From positions 1 to 50,248 of the forward strand of contig CAISUD010000060.1 of assembly GCA_903888625.1 (NCBI GenBank): a stretch of DNA of 50,248 nt, read 5' to 3'. A model generated the notes under the pieces. That model made no database searches and had not been told where the DNA came from. It worked only from the letters and a program-made list of their open reading frames with translations. The position numbers and the translations under genes were made by a program. The stretch is from an uncultured bacterium (GTDB lineage Bacteria; Patescibacteriota; Minisyncoccia; Phycocordibacterales; UBA9973). Shown one piece after another: positions 40,927 through 49,239 of this stretch (its first letter is position 1; each line of letters starts with the position of its first letter).

Positions 40927-40930
40927 TTAT

Positions 40931-41302
40931 ATGATTCAACCAGAAACATTAGTAAAAATAACAGACAATGCTGGAGGCACCGTCGGGAAGGTGTTCAAGG
41001 TTTTAGGTAGTGCTCACAAGAGATACGCCCAACTTGGAGAACTGGTAATTATTTCGGTAAAAGTTGCTCAACCACGAAAAGGTGTTAAAAAGAAAGATGT
41101 ACACCAAGCCGTAGTTGTCCGCCAAAGAAATGCTTACCGTCGTAAAGATGGTTCATATATTCGTTTCGATGATAATGCCGTGGTTATACTAGAGAAAGGG
41201 AAAAAAGATCCAAAGGCTGGACGTGTCTTCGGACCAATTCCAAGAGAGTTGGCAGAAAAAGGTTTTCAGAAAATAATATCATTAGCCCCAGAAGTAATTT
41301 AA
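40931..41302 (+). CDS. rplN: 50S ribosomal protein L14
   Basis: MIQPETLVKITDNAG ... AVVVRQR...R.DGSYIRFDDNA. Confidence 0.95.
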   Translation: MIQPETLVKITDNAGGTVGKVFKVLGSAHKRYAQLGELVIISVKVAQPRKGVKKKDVHQAVVVRQRNAYRRKDGSYIRFDDNAVVILEKGKKDPKAGRVFGPIPRELAEKGFQKIISLAPEVI

Positions 41303-41353
41303 TAAATAGGCACTAGGCTTTAGGTTCTAGGCATTAGTAAAAAATAAAAAATT

Positions 41354-41659
41354 ATGAAACTTAAAAAAGGAGACAATATAATAGTAATCGCAGGCAAGGA
41401 CAAAGGCAAAAAAGGTAAAATTGTCCGAGTTTTAGTGGCCCAAAACAAAGTAGTAGTAGAGGCCATCAATATGGTCAAGAAAAGTCAGCGTCCCCGAAAG
41501 TCTGGAGAAAAAGGACAAGTCATAAGTATGGCTATGCCGATTCATGCTTCAAATATAATGTTGGTAGATCCAAAGACAAATAAAGGTACCCGTTTGGGTA
41601 AGAAAAAAGTTGGCGATAAAATGGTTCGAGTTGCCAGAAAAAGTAATCAAGAAGTATAA
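41354..41659 (+). CDS. rplX: 50S ribosomal protein L24
   Basis: KLKKGDNIIVIAGKDKGKKGKI (KOW motif). Confidence 0.9.
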   Translation: MKLKKGDNIIVIAGKDKGKKGKIVRVLVAQNKVVVEAINMVKKSQRPRKSGEKGQVISMAMPIHASNIMLVDPKTNKGTRLGKKKVGDKMVRVARKSNQEV

Positions 41660-41664
41660 ATAAT

Positions 41665-42234
41665 ATGAAACATTTAACTGTAAAAGAAAAAGAAGCAGAG
41701 GCTTACACAAAAATGAAAACAATTTCTGGGGCGTTAAGCTCGGAGTTTCATTATAAAAATGTTATGGCTTCACCAAAATTACAAAAGATAGTCATCAATG
41801 TCGGCACTGGTACTGGTATTAAAAAAGATAAAAACCGAAATGATTTTGTAGCTGATCGCTTGGCTAAAATCACTGGACAAAAAACAGCCTTACGAGGTGC
41901 CAAGAAATCTATTGCTTCCTTCAAGATTCGTCAGGGCGACCCTATCGGGGTAGTAGTGACACTACGAGGCAAAAGAATGTTTGCCTTTTTGGAAAAATTA
42001 ATCAATGTGGCCTTGCCTCGTACTAAAGACTTTCGAGGGATCAACCGCAGTGTAGTAGATAGTATTGGTAATTTAACTTTAGGCATCAAAGAGCACACAA
42101 TTTTCCCAGAAACAGCCGACGAAGATATCAAAGATGTTTTCGGACTTTCCATCACTGTAGTTTCCTCAGCAAAAACAAAAAAAGAAGGCATGGCCTTTTT
42201 CGAACTCCTAGGTGTTCCGTTTAAGAAAGAATAA
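41665..42234 (+). CDS. rplE: 50S ribosomal protein L5
   Basis: PKLQKIVINVGTG ... GDPIGVVVTLRG..M..FLEKLI..ALPR..DFRG. Confidence 0.95.
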   Translation: MKHLTVKEKEAEAYTKMKTISGALSSEFHYKNVMASPKLQKIVINVGTGTGIKKDKNRNDFVADRLAKITGQKTALRGAKKSIASFKIRQGDPIGVVVTLRGKRMFAFLEKLINVALPRTKDFRGINRSVVDSIGNLTLGIKEHTIFPETADEDIKDVFGLSITVVSSAKTKKEGMAFFELLGVPFKKE

Positions 42235-42247
42235 AATAAAATTTTAT

Positions 42248-42276
42248 TTGACTATTTTTGGGCTTTCTGCTAGACT
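42248..42276 (+). promoter_or_regulatory. internal promoter TTGACT-17-TAGACT (TGc extended -10) upstream of rpsN
   Basis: tttatttgactatttttgggctttctgctagact, followed by a ~125-nt leader. Confidence 0.45.
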
Positions 42277-42403
42277 AGAGAAGTCTAGGAGTTAGGCAAG
42301 ATCTGTGTTTCTCCTTAAGGCTTTTAGCGAAAAGCTAGGTTTTAAGAAAGGACACAAGATATCACCTAAAAATAGACGCGTTTTATTATTAAATAAATTA
42401 AAA

Positions 42404-42589
42404 ATGGCAAAAACATCAGTAGTTGCAAGAAGTAAAAAGACACCCAAATTTCAAACTCGAGCTAAAAATCGATGTTTTCGCTGTGGCCGAGGCAATGGCT
42501 ATATGCGAGACTTTGGTATTTGCCGAATTTGTTTTCGAGAATTAGCCAATGAAGGTATGTTACCAGGAGTTAGAAAATCAAGTTGGTAG
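42404..42589 (+). CDS. rpsN: 30S ribosomal protein S14, zinc-binding type Z (61 aa)
   Basis: [12 protein letters not shown]...[24 protein letters not shown]. Met 42404 is preferred to the track start 42305. Confidence 0.9.
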   Translation: MAKTSVVARSKKTPKFQTRAKNRCFRCGRGNGYMRDFGICRICFRELANEGMLPGVRKSSW

Positions 42590-42604
42590 AAAAAATATAT
42601 GGAT

Positions 42605-42723
42605 CCCGTTAGAAGTCGCGATCGCAATAATATAAAAAACAAAATTATGAAATTAAATAAAAAAGAAATTATAAATATAACCAAAGAGATAAGCGAAAAG
42701 ATCGCGATCTACTTCTAAACGGG
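42605..42723 (+). promoter_or_regulatory. long-range stem bracketing the rpsN-rpsH spacer
   Basis: cccgttagaagtcgcgatc (42605-42623) pairs with gatcgcga(tcta)cttcta(a)acggg (42700-42723). The 3' arm abuts ATG 42724. AT-rich loop. Confidence 0.5.
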
Positions 42724-43110
42724 ATGGATACAATATCAAACATGATAATAATGATGAAGAACGCAAGTATAGCCGGCAAAGAAGTCGTTTCTTTCCCATA
42801 TTCAAAAATGAAAAATGCTATTGCCCTTTGTTTGAAGAAAGAAGGTTATATTTCCGAAGTTTCTAAAAAAACAAAAAAAGGTCAGCCAATTTTAGAGGTC
42901 AATTTGATTTATGTAGACAAGAAGCCAAGAATTACCGATGTTGAGAGAATTTCGAAACAATCCCGCCGAGTATATTTTGGCATGAAAGACATTCACACGG
43001 TTCGCAGTGGTTCTGGATTATTGGTGCTTTCAACTCCAAAAGGAATTTTATCAGGCAAAGAAGCACGACGTGAACAGGTCGGAGGGGAAGCTTTATTTAA
43101 GATTTGGTAG
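42724..43110 (+). CDS. rpsH: 30S ribosomal protein S8
   Basis: DTISNMIIMMKNA ... LVLSTPKGILSGKEARREQVGGEALFKIW. Confidence 0.95.
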   Translation: MDTISNMIIMMKNASIAGKEVVSFPYSKMKNAIALCLKKEGYISEVSKKTKKGQPILEVNLIYVDKKPRITDVERISKQSRRVYFGMKDIHTVRSGSGLLVLSTPKGILSGKEARREQVGGEALFKIW

Positions 43111-43134
43111 TTCGACAAGCTCACTATAAATAAT
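43108..43134 (+). repeat. spacer motif family B (starts at the TAG stop of rpsH)
   Basis: Matches 40428-40454 at 24 of 27 positions. Confidence 0.85.
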
Positions 43135-43146
43135 TAATTAAATTTT

Positions 43147-43680
43147 ATGAGTAGAATTGGAAAACAAGAAATAACAATACCGAGTGGAGTAGAAGTCACA
43201 AAGAATGGCGCAATTTTGACAGTCAAAGGTCCAAAAGGCTCTTTGCAAAAAGTTTTTCGAGATGATATCGAAATAAAAATCGCTGACGGTAAGATCAATT
43301 TAAATATTAAAAGAAATGATAAATTTTCTAAATCATTGTGGGGGACTTATGCTTCACATTTAAAAAATATGATTGCCGGAGTTCAAACTCCATATCAGAA
43401 AAAATTAATCCTAGAAGGAGTTGGATTCAAATCTGAAGTCAAAGGCAAGGAACTTGTTTTTGCTCTTGGTTTTTCACATCCTGTCATTGTAAAGATTCCT
43501 GAAGGCATTACGGCTACTGCAGAAAAGAACAATATCACTATCGTTGGTATCGATAAAGAATTGGTTGGAAGTTTCACTGCCGGGATTCGTGCCCTTAAGA
43601 AACCAGAACCATATAAAGGTAAAGGTATGCGTTATGAGGATGAAGTTATTAGACGTAAACAAGGTAAAAAGACCACTTAA
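43147..43680 (+). CDS. rplF: 50S ribosomal protein L6
   Basis: [17 protein letters not shown] ... [10 protein letters not shown] ... [14 protein letters not shown]. Confidence 0.95.
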   Translation: MSRIGKQEITIPSGVEVTKNGAILTVKGPKGSLQKVFRDDIEIKIADGKINLNIKRNDKFSKSLWGTYASHLKNMIAGVQTPYQKKLILEGVGFKSEVKGKELVFALGFSHPVIVKIPEGITATAEKNNITIVGIDKELVGSFTAGIRALKKPEPYKGKGMRYEDEVIRRKQGKKTT

Positions 43681-43682
43681 TT

Positions 43683-44024
43683 ATGATAAATAAAACTGAC
43701 AAAAGAATAAGATTAAAAACAAAAATTAGAGCTAAAATTTCTGGGACTAAAGAATGTCCAAGACTTTCTGTTTTTCGTTCTAACAAATTTATTTATGCAC
43801 AAATTATTGATGATAGTACCAGTAAAACTTTAGCCCAGGCTAGTGATATCAAAATGGTTAAAGGGACAAAGATAGAAAGAGCTAAAGAAGTTGGTAAGAA
43901 CGTAGCACTTGCTTGTGCTAAAATAAAAATTACCAAAGTTGTTTTCGATCGAAATGGTTTTAAATATACTGGGAGAGTAAAATTAGTAGCTGATACAGCC
44001 CGAGAGGGAGGTCTGAAGTTTTAA
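43683..44024 (+). CDS. rplR: 50S ribosomal protein L18
   Basis: [19 protein letters not shown] ... [27 protein letters not shown]. Confidence 0.95.
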   Translation: MINKTDKRIRLKTKIRAKISGTKECPRLSVFRSNKFIYAQIIDDSTSKTLAQASDIKMVKGTKIERAKEVGKNVALACAKIKITKVVFDRNGFKYTGRVKLVADTAREGGLKF

Positions 44025-44052
44025 AATTACGAATTATCAATTACGAATTAAA
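44025..44052 (+). repeat. intergenic spacer motif family A (second copy)
   Basis: Identical 28-mer to 28358-28385. Here it lies between rplR and rpsE. Confidence 0.9.
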
Positions 44053-44054
44053 AA

Positions 44055-44603
44055 ATGGATAAAGATAATAAAAAAAATAATAATCGTAGGTCAAGTTCTT
44101 TTGACAGACCGAAGCCAGAGTTTGATCAAAAAATTATTGATATTCGTCGAGTCACTCGGGTAGTTGCTGGAGGACGCCGATTTTCTTTTAGTGTGGCTCT
44201 CATTGCTGGAGACAAAAAAGGAGCTATTGGTCTTGGTCTCGGAAAAGCTGGGGACACTGCACTCGCTATTAATAAAGCTCTTCGTAATGCAAAGAAAAAT
44301 ATGGTTAAGGTTAATTTGACTAAAACCATGTCTATTCCACATGAAATTTCTGCTAAATTTTCTAGTTCCCAAATTAAATTAATGCCAAACAAGGGCCGTG
44401 GCCTCGTAGCAGGTTCTGCAGTGCGAGATATTATTAAGTTGGCTGGAATGAAAGACATTACCGGCAAGATTTTGTCTGGTAGTAAAAATAAATTAAACAA
44501 TGCCAAGGCTGTTATGTTGGCCTTATCTTCAATTTCTAGTAAATATGTAAAAATAGTGCCAGAGACAATCGTAGTTGCTAATAAAGAAATCGTGAAAGAA
44601 TAA
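44055..44603 (+). CDS. rpsE: 30S ribosomal protein S5
   Basis: IDIRRVTRVVAGGRRFSFSVALIAGDKKGAIGLGLGKA. Confidence 0.95.
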   Translation: MDKDNKKNNNRRSSSFDRPKPEFDQKIIDIRRVTRVVAGGRRFSFSVALIAGDKKGAIGLGLGKAGDTALAINKALRNAKKNMVKVNLTKTMSIPHEISAKFSSSQIKLMPNKGRGLVAGSAVRDIIKLAGMKDITGKILSGSKNKLNNAKAVMLALSSISSKYVKIVPETIVVANKEIVKE

Positions 44604-44626
44604 AATTACCAGCTAAATTAAAAACT

Positions 44627-44938
44627 ATGCAAATAAATAATTTAAAAAGAGTTCATAAGAATAAAAAAGACCGCTTGGTCGGACGAGGAGGTAAGCATGC
44701 CAAAACTTCCGGACGGGGAGGTAAAGGGCAGACAGCTCGAGCTGGAAACAAGCGTCGTCCAGAGCTTCGTGATATCATAAAGAAGTTACCAAAGAATCGT
44801 GGTTATAGATTTAAATCTATTCACAAAAAAGTTTTAGTAGCCAAGGATAAAGTTGTTACCAAAGATGGCAAGCCGGAAACCTATTCAGAAATTCGAAAGA
44901 GATTAAATTTAAAAGGAGGCAAAATAGTTATAAAGTAA
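44627..44938 (+). CDS. rplO: 50S ribosomal protein L15 (short form, 103 aa)
   Basis: LVGRGGKHAKTSGRGGKGQTARAG ... LPKNRGY. It follows rpsE after 23 nt, so no L30 gene lies between them. Confidence 0.8.
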   Translation: MQINNLKRVHKNKKDRLVGRGGKHAKTSGRGGKGQTARAGNKRRPELRDIIKKLPKNRGYRFKSIHKKVLVAKDKVVTKDGKPETYSEIRKRLNLKGGKIVIK

Positions 44939-44962
44939 AAAGTTGAAAGTTTGTAAAGTACA

Positions 44963-46234
44963 ATGAATAATTTTTGGAATAAAATGAAATTAATTTGGAC
45001 AGACATCTCTCTACGTAAGAAGATTCTGTTTGTTTTAGGTGCCTTAGTAGTTTTTAGACTTCTAGCATCTATTCCAATTCCAGGAATCGACACTGTAGAG
45101 CTCAATCGTTTTCTATCCAACAATCAATTTTTCGGAATCTTAAATATCTTTTCCGGGGGTGGACTTTCTAATCTTTCGATCATCATGCTTGGAGTCGGAC
45201 CATATATTACTGGTTCGATTATTATGCAACTTCTTACAATTATGGTGCCAGCCTTAAAAAGGCTTTACCACGAAGAAGGCGAGCTTGGCAGAAAGAAATT
45301 TTCTCAATATTCCAGGTTAATCACTGTTCCACTTGCAGCTGTTCAAGGTTTTTCACTGCTTGCAATTTTACAATCACAACATATTTTAACTAACTTAACT
45401 TTTTTCAGTAAAATGACCAATTTGATTGTCGTCATCGCTGGTTCTATCTTGTTGATGTGGATCGGAGAATTGATGTCAGAATTTGGTATTGGAAACGGTG
45501 TTTCACTTTTGATTTTTGCTGGTATCGTGGCTCGGATTCCTTCCGAAGTCGGACAATTCTTTTTCTCTTTTGATGTTTCGCAAATCCCGCTTTTGTTATT
45601 GTTCATCGCTATGGGCGCCCTGGTTATTGCGGGGGTAGTGGTGGTGACCGAAGCTGAACGACCAATTCCGGTGACCTATGCCAAGCAAGTTCGAGGTTCG
45701 AAAATGTATGGTGGTGGTTCTACTTATTTACCACTTCGCGTAAACCAAGCTGGAGTTATTCCAATTATTTTTGCTCTTTCAATTTTACTCTTTCCTCAAA
45801 TGATCGGTAACTTTATGGCTGGTTCCGCTAATGCCATTGTACTTAAAATTTCTCATGCTTTAGTTGCTTTTTCACAAACATCCTGGCTATATGCAGTCTT
45901 ATATTTTATTTTAGTTTTCCTTTTCACTTATTTTTATACAGCCGTCACTTTCGACCCAGAAGCACTTTCGACTAATTTGCAAAAAAATGGAGCCTTCATC
46001 CCAGGTATCAGGCCTGGTGCATCGACTTCAACTTATATTTCAAAAGTTTTAAATCGTATCACCTTACTTGGAGCCATCTTCCTTGGTTTGATTGCTATTT
46101 TACCGCTCATCATGCGAGCCGTAACCGGCATCACCGCTATCGCTATGGGTGGCACAGCCCTCCTCATCGTTGTCTCAGTTTTACTTGATCTCATTAAAAA
46201 AGTAGACGCCCAGATCTCTATGCGAGAATACTAG
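44963..46234 (+). CDS. secY: preprotein translocase subunit SecY
   Basis: RKKILFVLGALVVFRLLASIPIPGID ... LGVGPYITGSIIMQLL ... ten TM helices. Confidence 0.95.
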   Translation: MNNFWNKMKLIWTDISLRKKILFVLGALVVFRLLASIPIPGIDTVELNRFLSNNQFFGILNIFSGGGLSNLSIIMLGVGPYITGSIIMQLLTIMVPALKRLYHEEGELGRKKFSQYSRLITVPLAAVQGFSLLAILQSQHILTNLTFFSKMTNLIVVIAGSILLMWIGELMSEFGIGNGVSLLIFAGIVARIPSEVGQFFFSFDVSQIPLLLLFIAMGALVIAGVVVVTEAERPIPVTYAKQVRGSKMYGGGSTYLPLRVNQAGVIPIIFALSILLFPQMIGNFMAGSANAIVLKISHALVAFSQTSWLYAVLYFILVFLFTYFYTAVTFDPEALSTNLQKNGAFIPGIRPGASTSTYISKVLNRITLLGAIFLGLIAILPLIMRAVTGITAIAMGGTALLIVVSVLLDLIKKVDAQISMREY

Positions 46235-46236
46235 GA
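46196..46236 (+). repeat. direct repeat A: functional 3' end of secY
   Basis: aaaaaagtagacgcccagatctctatgcgAgaatactagga. 40 of 41 positions identical to 47412-47452. Confidence 0.9.
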
Positions 46237-47411
46237 TTCAGGTTGCATTTTAGGTATGTATTTTGTATACTATACTCATGAATTATATACGACAAATAAC
46301 CAATAATTTAAAGAATAATTTAGGTAAAAAACCAATTATTGTTCTTTATGGGGCTAGACAAGTCGGAAAAACTACTTTAGTAAAGAATATTTTAACTGAT
46401 TTTAAAAATCCTCTTTACCTTCAAGGAGATGACCCAAAAGACATTCTTTTGTTAGAAAAAAAATCTGGAAAAGAACTTCAAACACTTGTTAGTAATCATG
46501 ATATTATTATCATCGATGAAGCACAACAAGTTGAAAATATTGGTAATATTTTAAAACTTATTGCTGATAATGTACCAGGAGCAAATGTAATTGCTACCGG
46601 ATCTAGTTCTTTTGATTTAGCAAATAAAATTAGTGAACCCCTGACTGGCAGAAATCGCAAATTTTATTTATATCCGCTCTCAATAAAAGAAATTATTTTG
46701 GCTTATGGAGAAATTGATGTAAATAAAAAACTCGAAGAGTATTTAATTTTTGGAATGTATCCGCAAATAGTAAATTCATCTTCACGTGAAGAAAAAAAAA
46801 TATTAGTTAAAGAATTAGTGAGTGATTATTTATTTAAAGATTTGTTTTTATTTGGTGATATTCGCAATTCTTTTGCTTTTGAAAAATTAGTAAAATTGCT
46901 CGCACTTCGTGTTGGAAGTGAAATCTCATATTCGGAACTCGCCAAAGAAATTGGGATTAGTCGCGATACTGTTTTAAATTATGTTACTTTATTAGAACAA
47001 TCATTTATTATCTTTCGTTTAAAACCATTGTATACAAATAAAACGAAAGAAATTAATAAAACTCATAAAATATATTTTTATGATATTGGTATTAGAAATG
47101 GAGTTTTAGGTAATTTTGATCCACTTGAATTAAGATCAGATAAAGGTGCAGTTTTTGAGAATTTTTTTATCTCTGAAAAACTAAAACAACGGTCATATCT
47201 GGGTGATGATAGTGATATAAATTTTTGGCGTAATAGGCAAGCTGGGGAAGTTGATTTTATTGAATCTTTTCATCAAGGAAGAGAATTATTTGCATATGAA
47301 TGTAAATGGAAAGAAATTGTTAGTACACCTATTTCATTTAAAAATATTTATCCGAATGCAAAATTTACCTGCATAACAAGTTTTAATATAGTAGATCATT
47401 TTAATCAAATC
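46237..47411 (+). mobile_element. putative single-gene cassette (AAA+/DUF4143 ATPase) inserted in the secY 3' end
   Basis: Bounded by the duplicated secY tail. Has its own TTGCAT-17-TATACT promoter. Same design as the murB insertion. Confidence 0.5.
46243..46271 (+). promoter_or_regulatory. promoter TTGCAT-17-TATACT, leaderless
   Basis: The -10 ends 6 nt before ATG 46278. Confidence 0.45.
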
Positions 47412-47450
47412 AAAAAAGTAGACGCCCAGATCTCTATGCGGGAATACTAG
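46278..47450 (+). CDS. AAA+ ATPase with DUF4143-type C-terminal domain, fused in-frame to the relic secY tail
   Basis: Walker A GARQVGKTT, Walker B IIIDEAQ, EVDFI...YECKW. The last 12 aa KKVDAQISMREY equal the SecY C-terminus. ATG 46278 is preferred to the track TTG 46263. Confidence 0.8.
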   Translation: MNYIRQITNNLKNNLGKKPIIVLYGARQVGKTTLVKNILTDFKNPLYLQGDDPKDILLLEKKSGKELQTLVSNHDIIIIDEAQQVENIGNILKLIADNVPGANVIATGSSSFDLANKISEPLTGRNRKFYLYPLSIKEIILAYGEIDVNKKLEEYLIFGMYPQIVNSSSREEKKILVKELVSDYLFKDLFLFGDIRNSFAFEKLVKLLALRVGSEISYSELAKEIGISRDTVLNYVTLLEQSFIIFRLKPLYTNKTKEINKTHKIYFYDIGIRNGVLGNFDPLELRSDKGAVFENFFISEKLKQRSYLGDDSDINFWRNRQAGEVDFIESFHQGRELFAYECKWKEIVSTPISFKNIYPNAKFTCITSFNIVDHFNQIKKVDAQISMREY

Positions 47451-47452
47451 GA
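47412..47452 (+). repeat. direct repeat B: displaced copy of the secY 3' end
   Basis: One synonymous difference (cgA/cgG) from 46196-46236. Followed by a family-C-type CTAG spacer. Confidence 0.9.
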
Positions 47453-47479
47453 CTAGTTTATAGGTTCTAGTTGTTAGGT

Positions 47480-48250
47480 TTATTTATTTAATCTTTTAGC
47501 CTCAGCCAAAGCAAGTTTGAAAACACTTCGCAAGGTTGTGGCTATTTCTTTTGATTCGATAATGATTCCTAATTTTTCCTTCCAGGAAGCGATCATAACT
47601 TTGTCATTATAGATTTCTATGTCAGTTGGTACAGGAAATTCATTCTGAGGAACGAGAGTCGTATCTCGATATTCAATTTGATCATTGGCTTTTCTTTTAT
47701 GGGCAAGGGGAGTGTCGGCTACGAAAGTATGGATGAATATTTTTTTCTTGGCACGTCGTTCGTAATAAGTAGAAAAATATTTTGGCAATGTTTCGTGCAT
47801 TTCTTCATAAGTAGAAGTTGAATAAATGTCTCCTTTTGAAGACAAAGAATCTTCATAAACATGCTCGAGCCCCTCAAGTCCTTCATAGAAACTTATTTTT
47901 GGTCTGTCCCCGACATTATGCATTAAAGTGAGTTCTGGTAATATTTCAAGCGCACTTTCGGCTAAGTTTTTTTGAATTTCTGCTTGTTTATTTAAGTATT
48001 CAATTAATTTAATAGGGGAGAGGGCAACATATTCTTGTTTTGGTTCTTTGCCAGAAATGTTTACTAGGTTTTTACTAGCGAGACTGTCGAGAATCACATA
48101 GCCAGTTGATCGGTTAATTCCTGCTTTTCGAGAAATCTCGGCAACTGTTCCTCGACCGAGTTCTAGTATAGTCAAATATATAGCTATTTCTTTGTCTAAA
48201 AAGCCACTTTCTTTTAATATTTCCTTTGTTTTTAATAATTGTTCTTTCAT
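47480..48250 (-). CDS. TrmB-family transcriptional regulator
   Basis: N-terminal wHTH GFLDKEIAIYLTILELGRGTVAEISRKAGINRSTGYVILDSLASKNLV plus a TrmB-like C-terminal domain. Confidence 0.8.
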   Translation of the reverse strand: MKEQLLKTKEILKESGFLDKEIAIYLTILELGRGTVAEISRKAGINRSTGYVILDSLASKNLVNISGKEPKQEYVALSPIKLIEYLNKQAEIQKNLAESALEILPELTLMHNVGDRPKISFYEGLEGLEHVYEDSLSSKGDIYSTSTYEEMHETLPKYFSTYYERRAKKKIFIHTFVADTPLAHKRKANDQIEYRDTTLVPQNEFPVPTDIEIYNDKVMIASWKEKLGIIIESKEIATTLRSVFKLALAEAKRLNK

Positions 48251-48366
48251 ATATAAGCATTATATTCCAAAGCCTATTTTGTGTCAATAGAAAATAACAA
48301 AATTTTGTGGATATCTTTTTAACCTTAAAATATATAGCTCAAAATAAATTAAATTGGTAAATTTGC

Positions 48367-48394
48367 TTGACAATATATTTAATTCTGCTATACT
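48367..48394 (+). promoter_or_regulatory. promoter TTGACA-16-TATACT (TGc extended -10)
   Basis: gcttgacaatatatttaattctgctatact. Followed by a ~110-nt leader before ATG 48508. Confidence 0.55.
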
Positions 48395-48507
48395 TATATC
48401 AAATAAGGTTATTTGAAAAAAGTTTTTAGTAGTCATTAATTGGTTTTCCAAGGCTCTTTCTGGGGTTTTAGATAACTAATTAATTATTAACTAAAAAAAT
48501 AAAAGCA

Positions 48508-49188
48508 ATGAAAACAAATTCTAAACAATTTAAGTATATTTCTTCTGATTGGGAAGATTTTTATGAAGAGTTCCTAAATATATGTAGAAAAGAACACGAA
48601 ACCGAAAATTTTTTTTATCTTCGTAGAGATTGGGAAAATTTCTATCGGCAGTATTTCGGACTAGAAGTCGATTTGTCTGAAATTCTAGTACCTCAATGTT
48701 CTAAAGAAAATTATTACCTTTTGTTTATGATAAAAGTGACACCGCAATTTGTATATGATGTATGGAATAACAAACGTCGTACAGAAAAAAGCTCATTTTG
48801 GGGAGATTCGAACTATGATCTCCATGATGGAAAGTTTGATCTTGATAAAGAAATAACATTAGGGAGAAATACAACTGAATCATATGCAGTATGGGTGCAA
48901 GGGGGTAAACGTCCTGTTCGTTACGACTATAATTCTTATTCTGAATCTATGACCATAAATTCTGGTATCACTCTTCTTGAACAAATGGTTTTCCAATCAA
49001 ATTATTACTTTAAAACAGGAAATTTGTTGGATAAAAAAATTACAACTCTTTGTGATGGGTCAAGAGACCGCGAGGGATGTATCCCAAGTATTGGATATAA
49101 TGGTAGTGGTATATTGATTATAAATCAATCAAATCCGACATATGATTTTTGGGTTGAAAAAGGCCGTCGTGAAATAGTAGTTCATTGA
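48508..49188 (+). CDS. hypothetical protein
   Basis: 226-aa ORF with an internal duplicated DWEDFYEEF / DWENFYRQYF motif. No recognisable family. Confidence 0.5.
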   Translation: MKTNSKQFKYISSDWEDFYEEFLNICRKEHETENFFYLRRDWENFYRQYFGLEVDLSEILVPQCSKENYYLLFMIKVTPQFVYDVWNNKRRTEKSSFWGDSNYDLHDGKFDLDKEITLGRNTTESYAVWVQGGKRPVRYDYNSYSESMTINSGITLLEQMVFQSNYYFKTGNLLDKKITTLCDGSRDREGCIPSIGYNGSGILIINQSNPTYDFWVEKGRREIVVH

Positions 49189-49239
49189 AAATTCTAAAAA
49201 CAAATAAAATAAAGTGTTAAACAATTAAAAATTGAAATT

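Noticed and set aside
42305-42403. 33-codon N-terminal extension of S14 in the track ORF.
   Set aside because: Type-Z S14 proteins are about 61 aa and begin MAK.... The extension covers the predicted promoter-proximal leader.
44627-44938. The short L15 considered as a pseudogene.
   Set aside because: The ORF is intact, retains the GRG..GKT.GRG.KGQ core, and abuts secY with normal spacing. No frameshifted remainder is visible.
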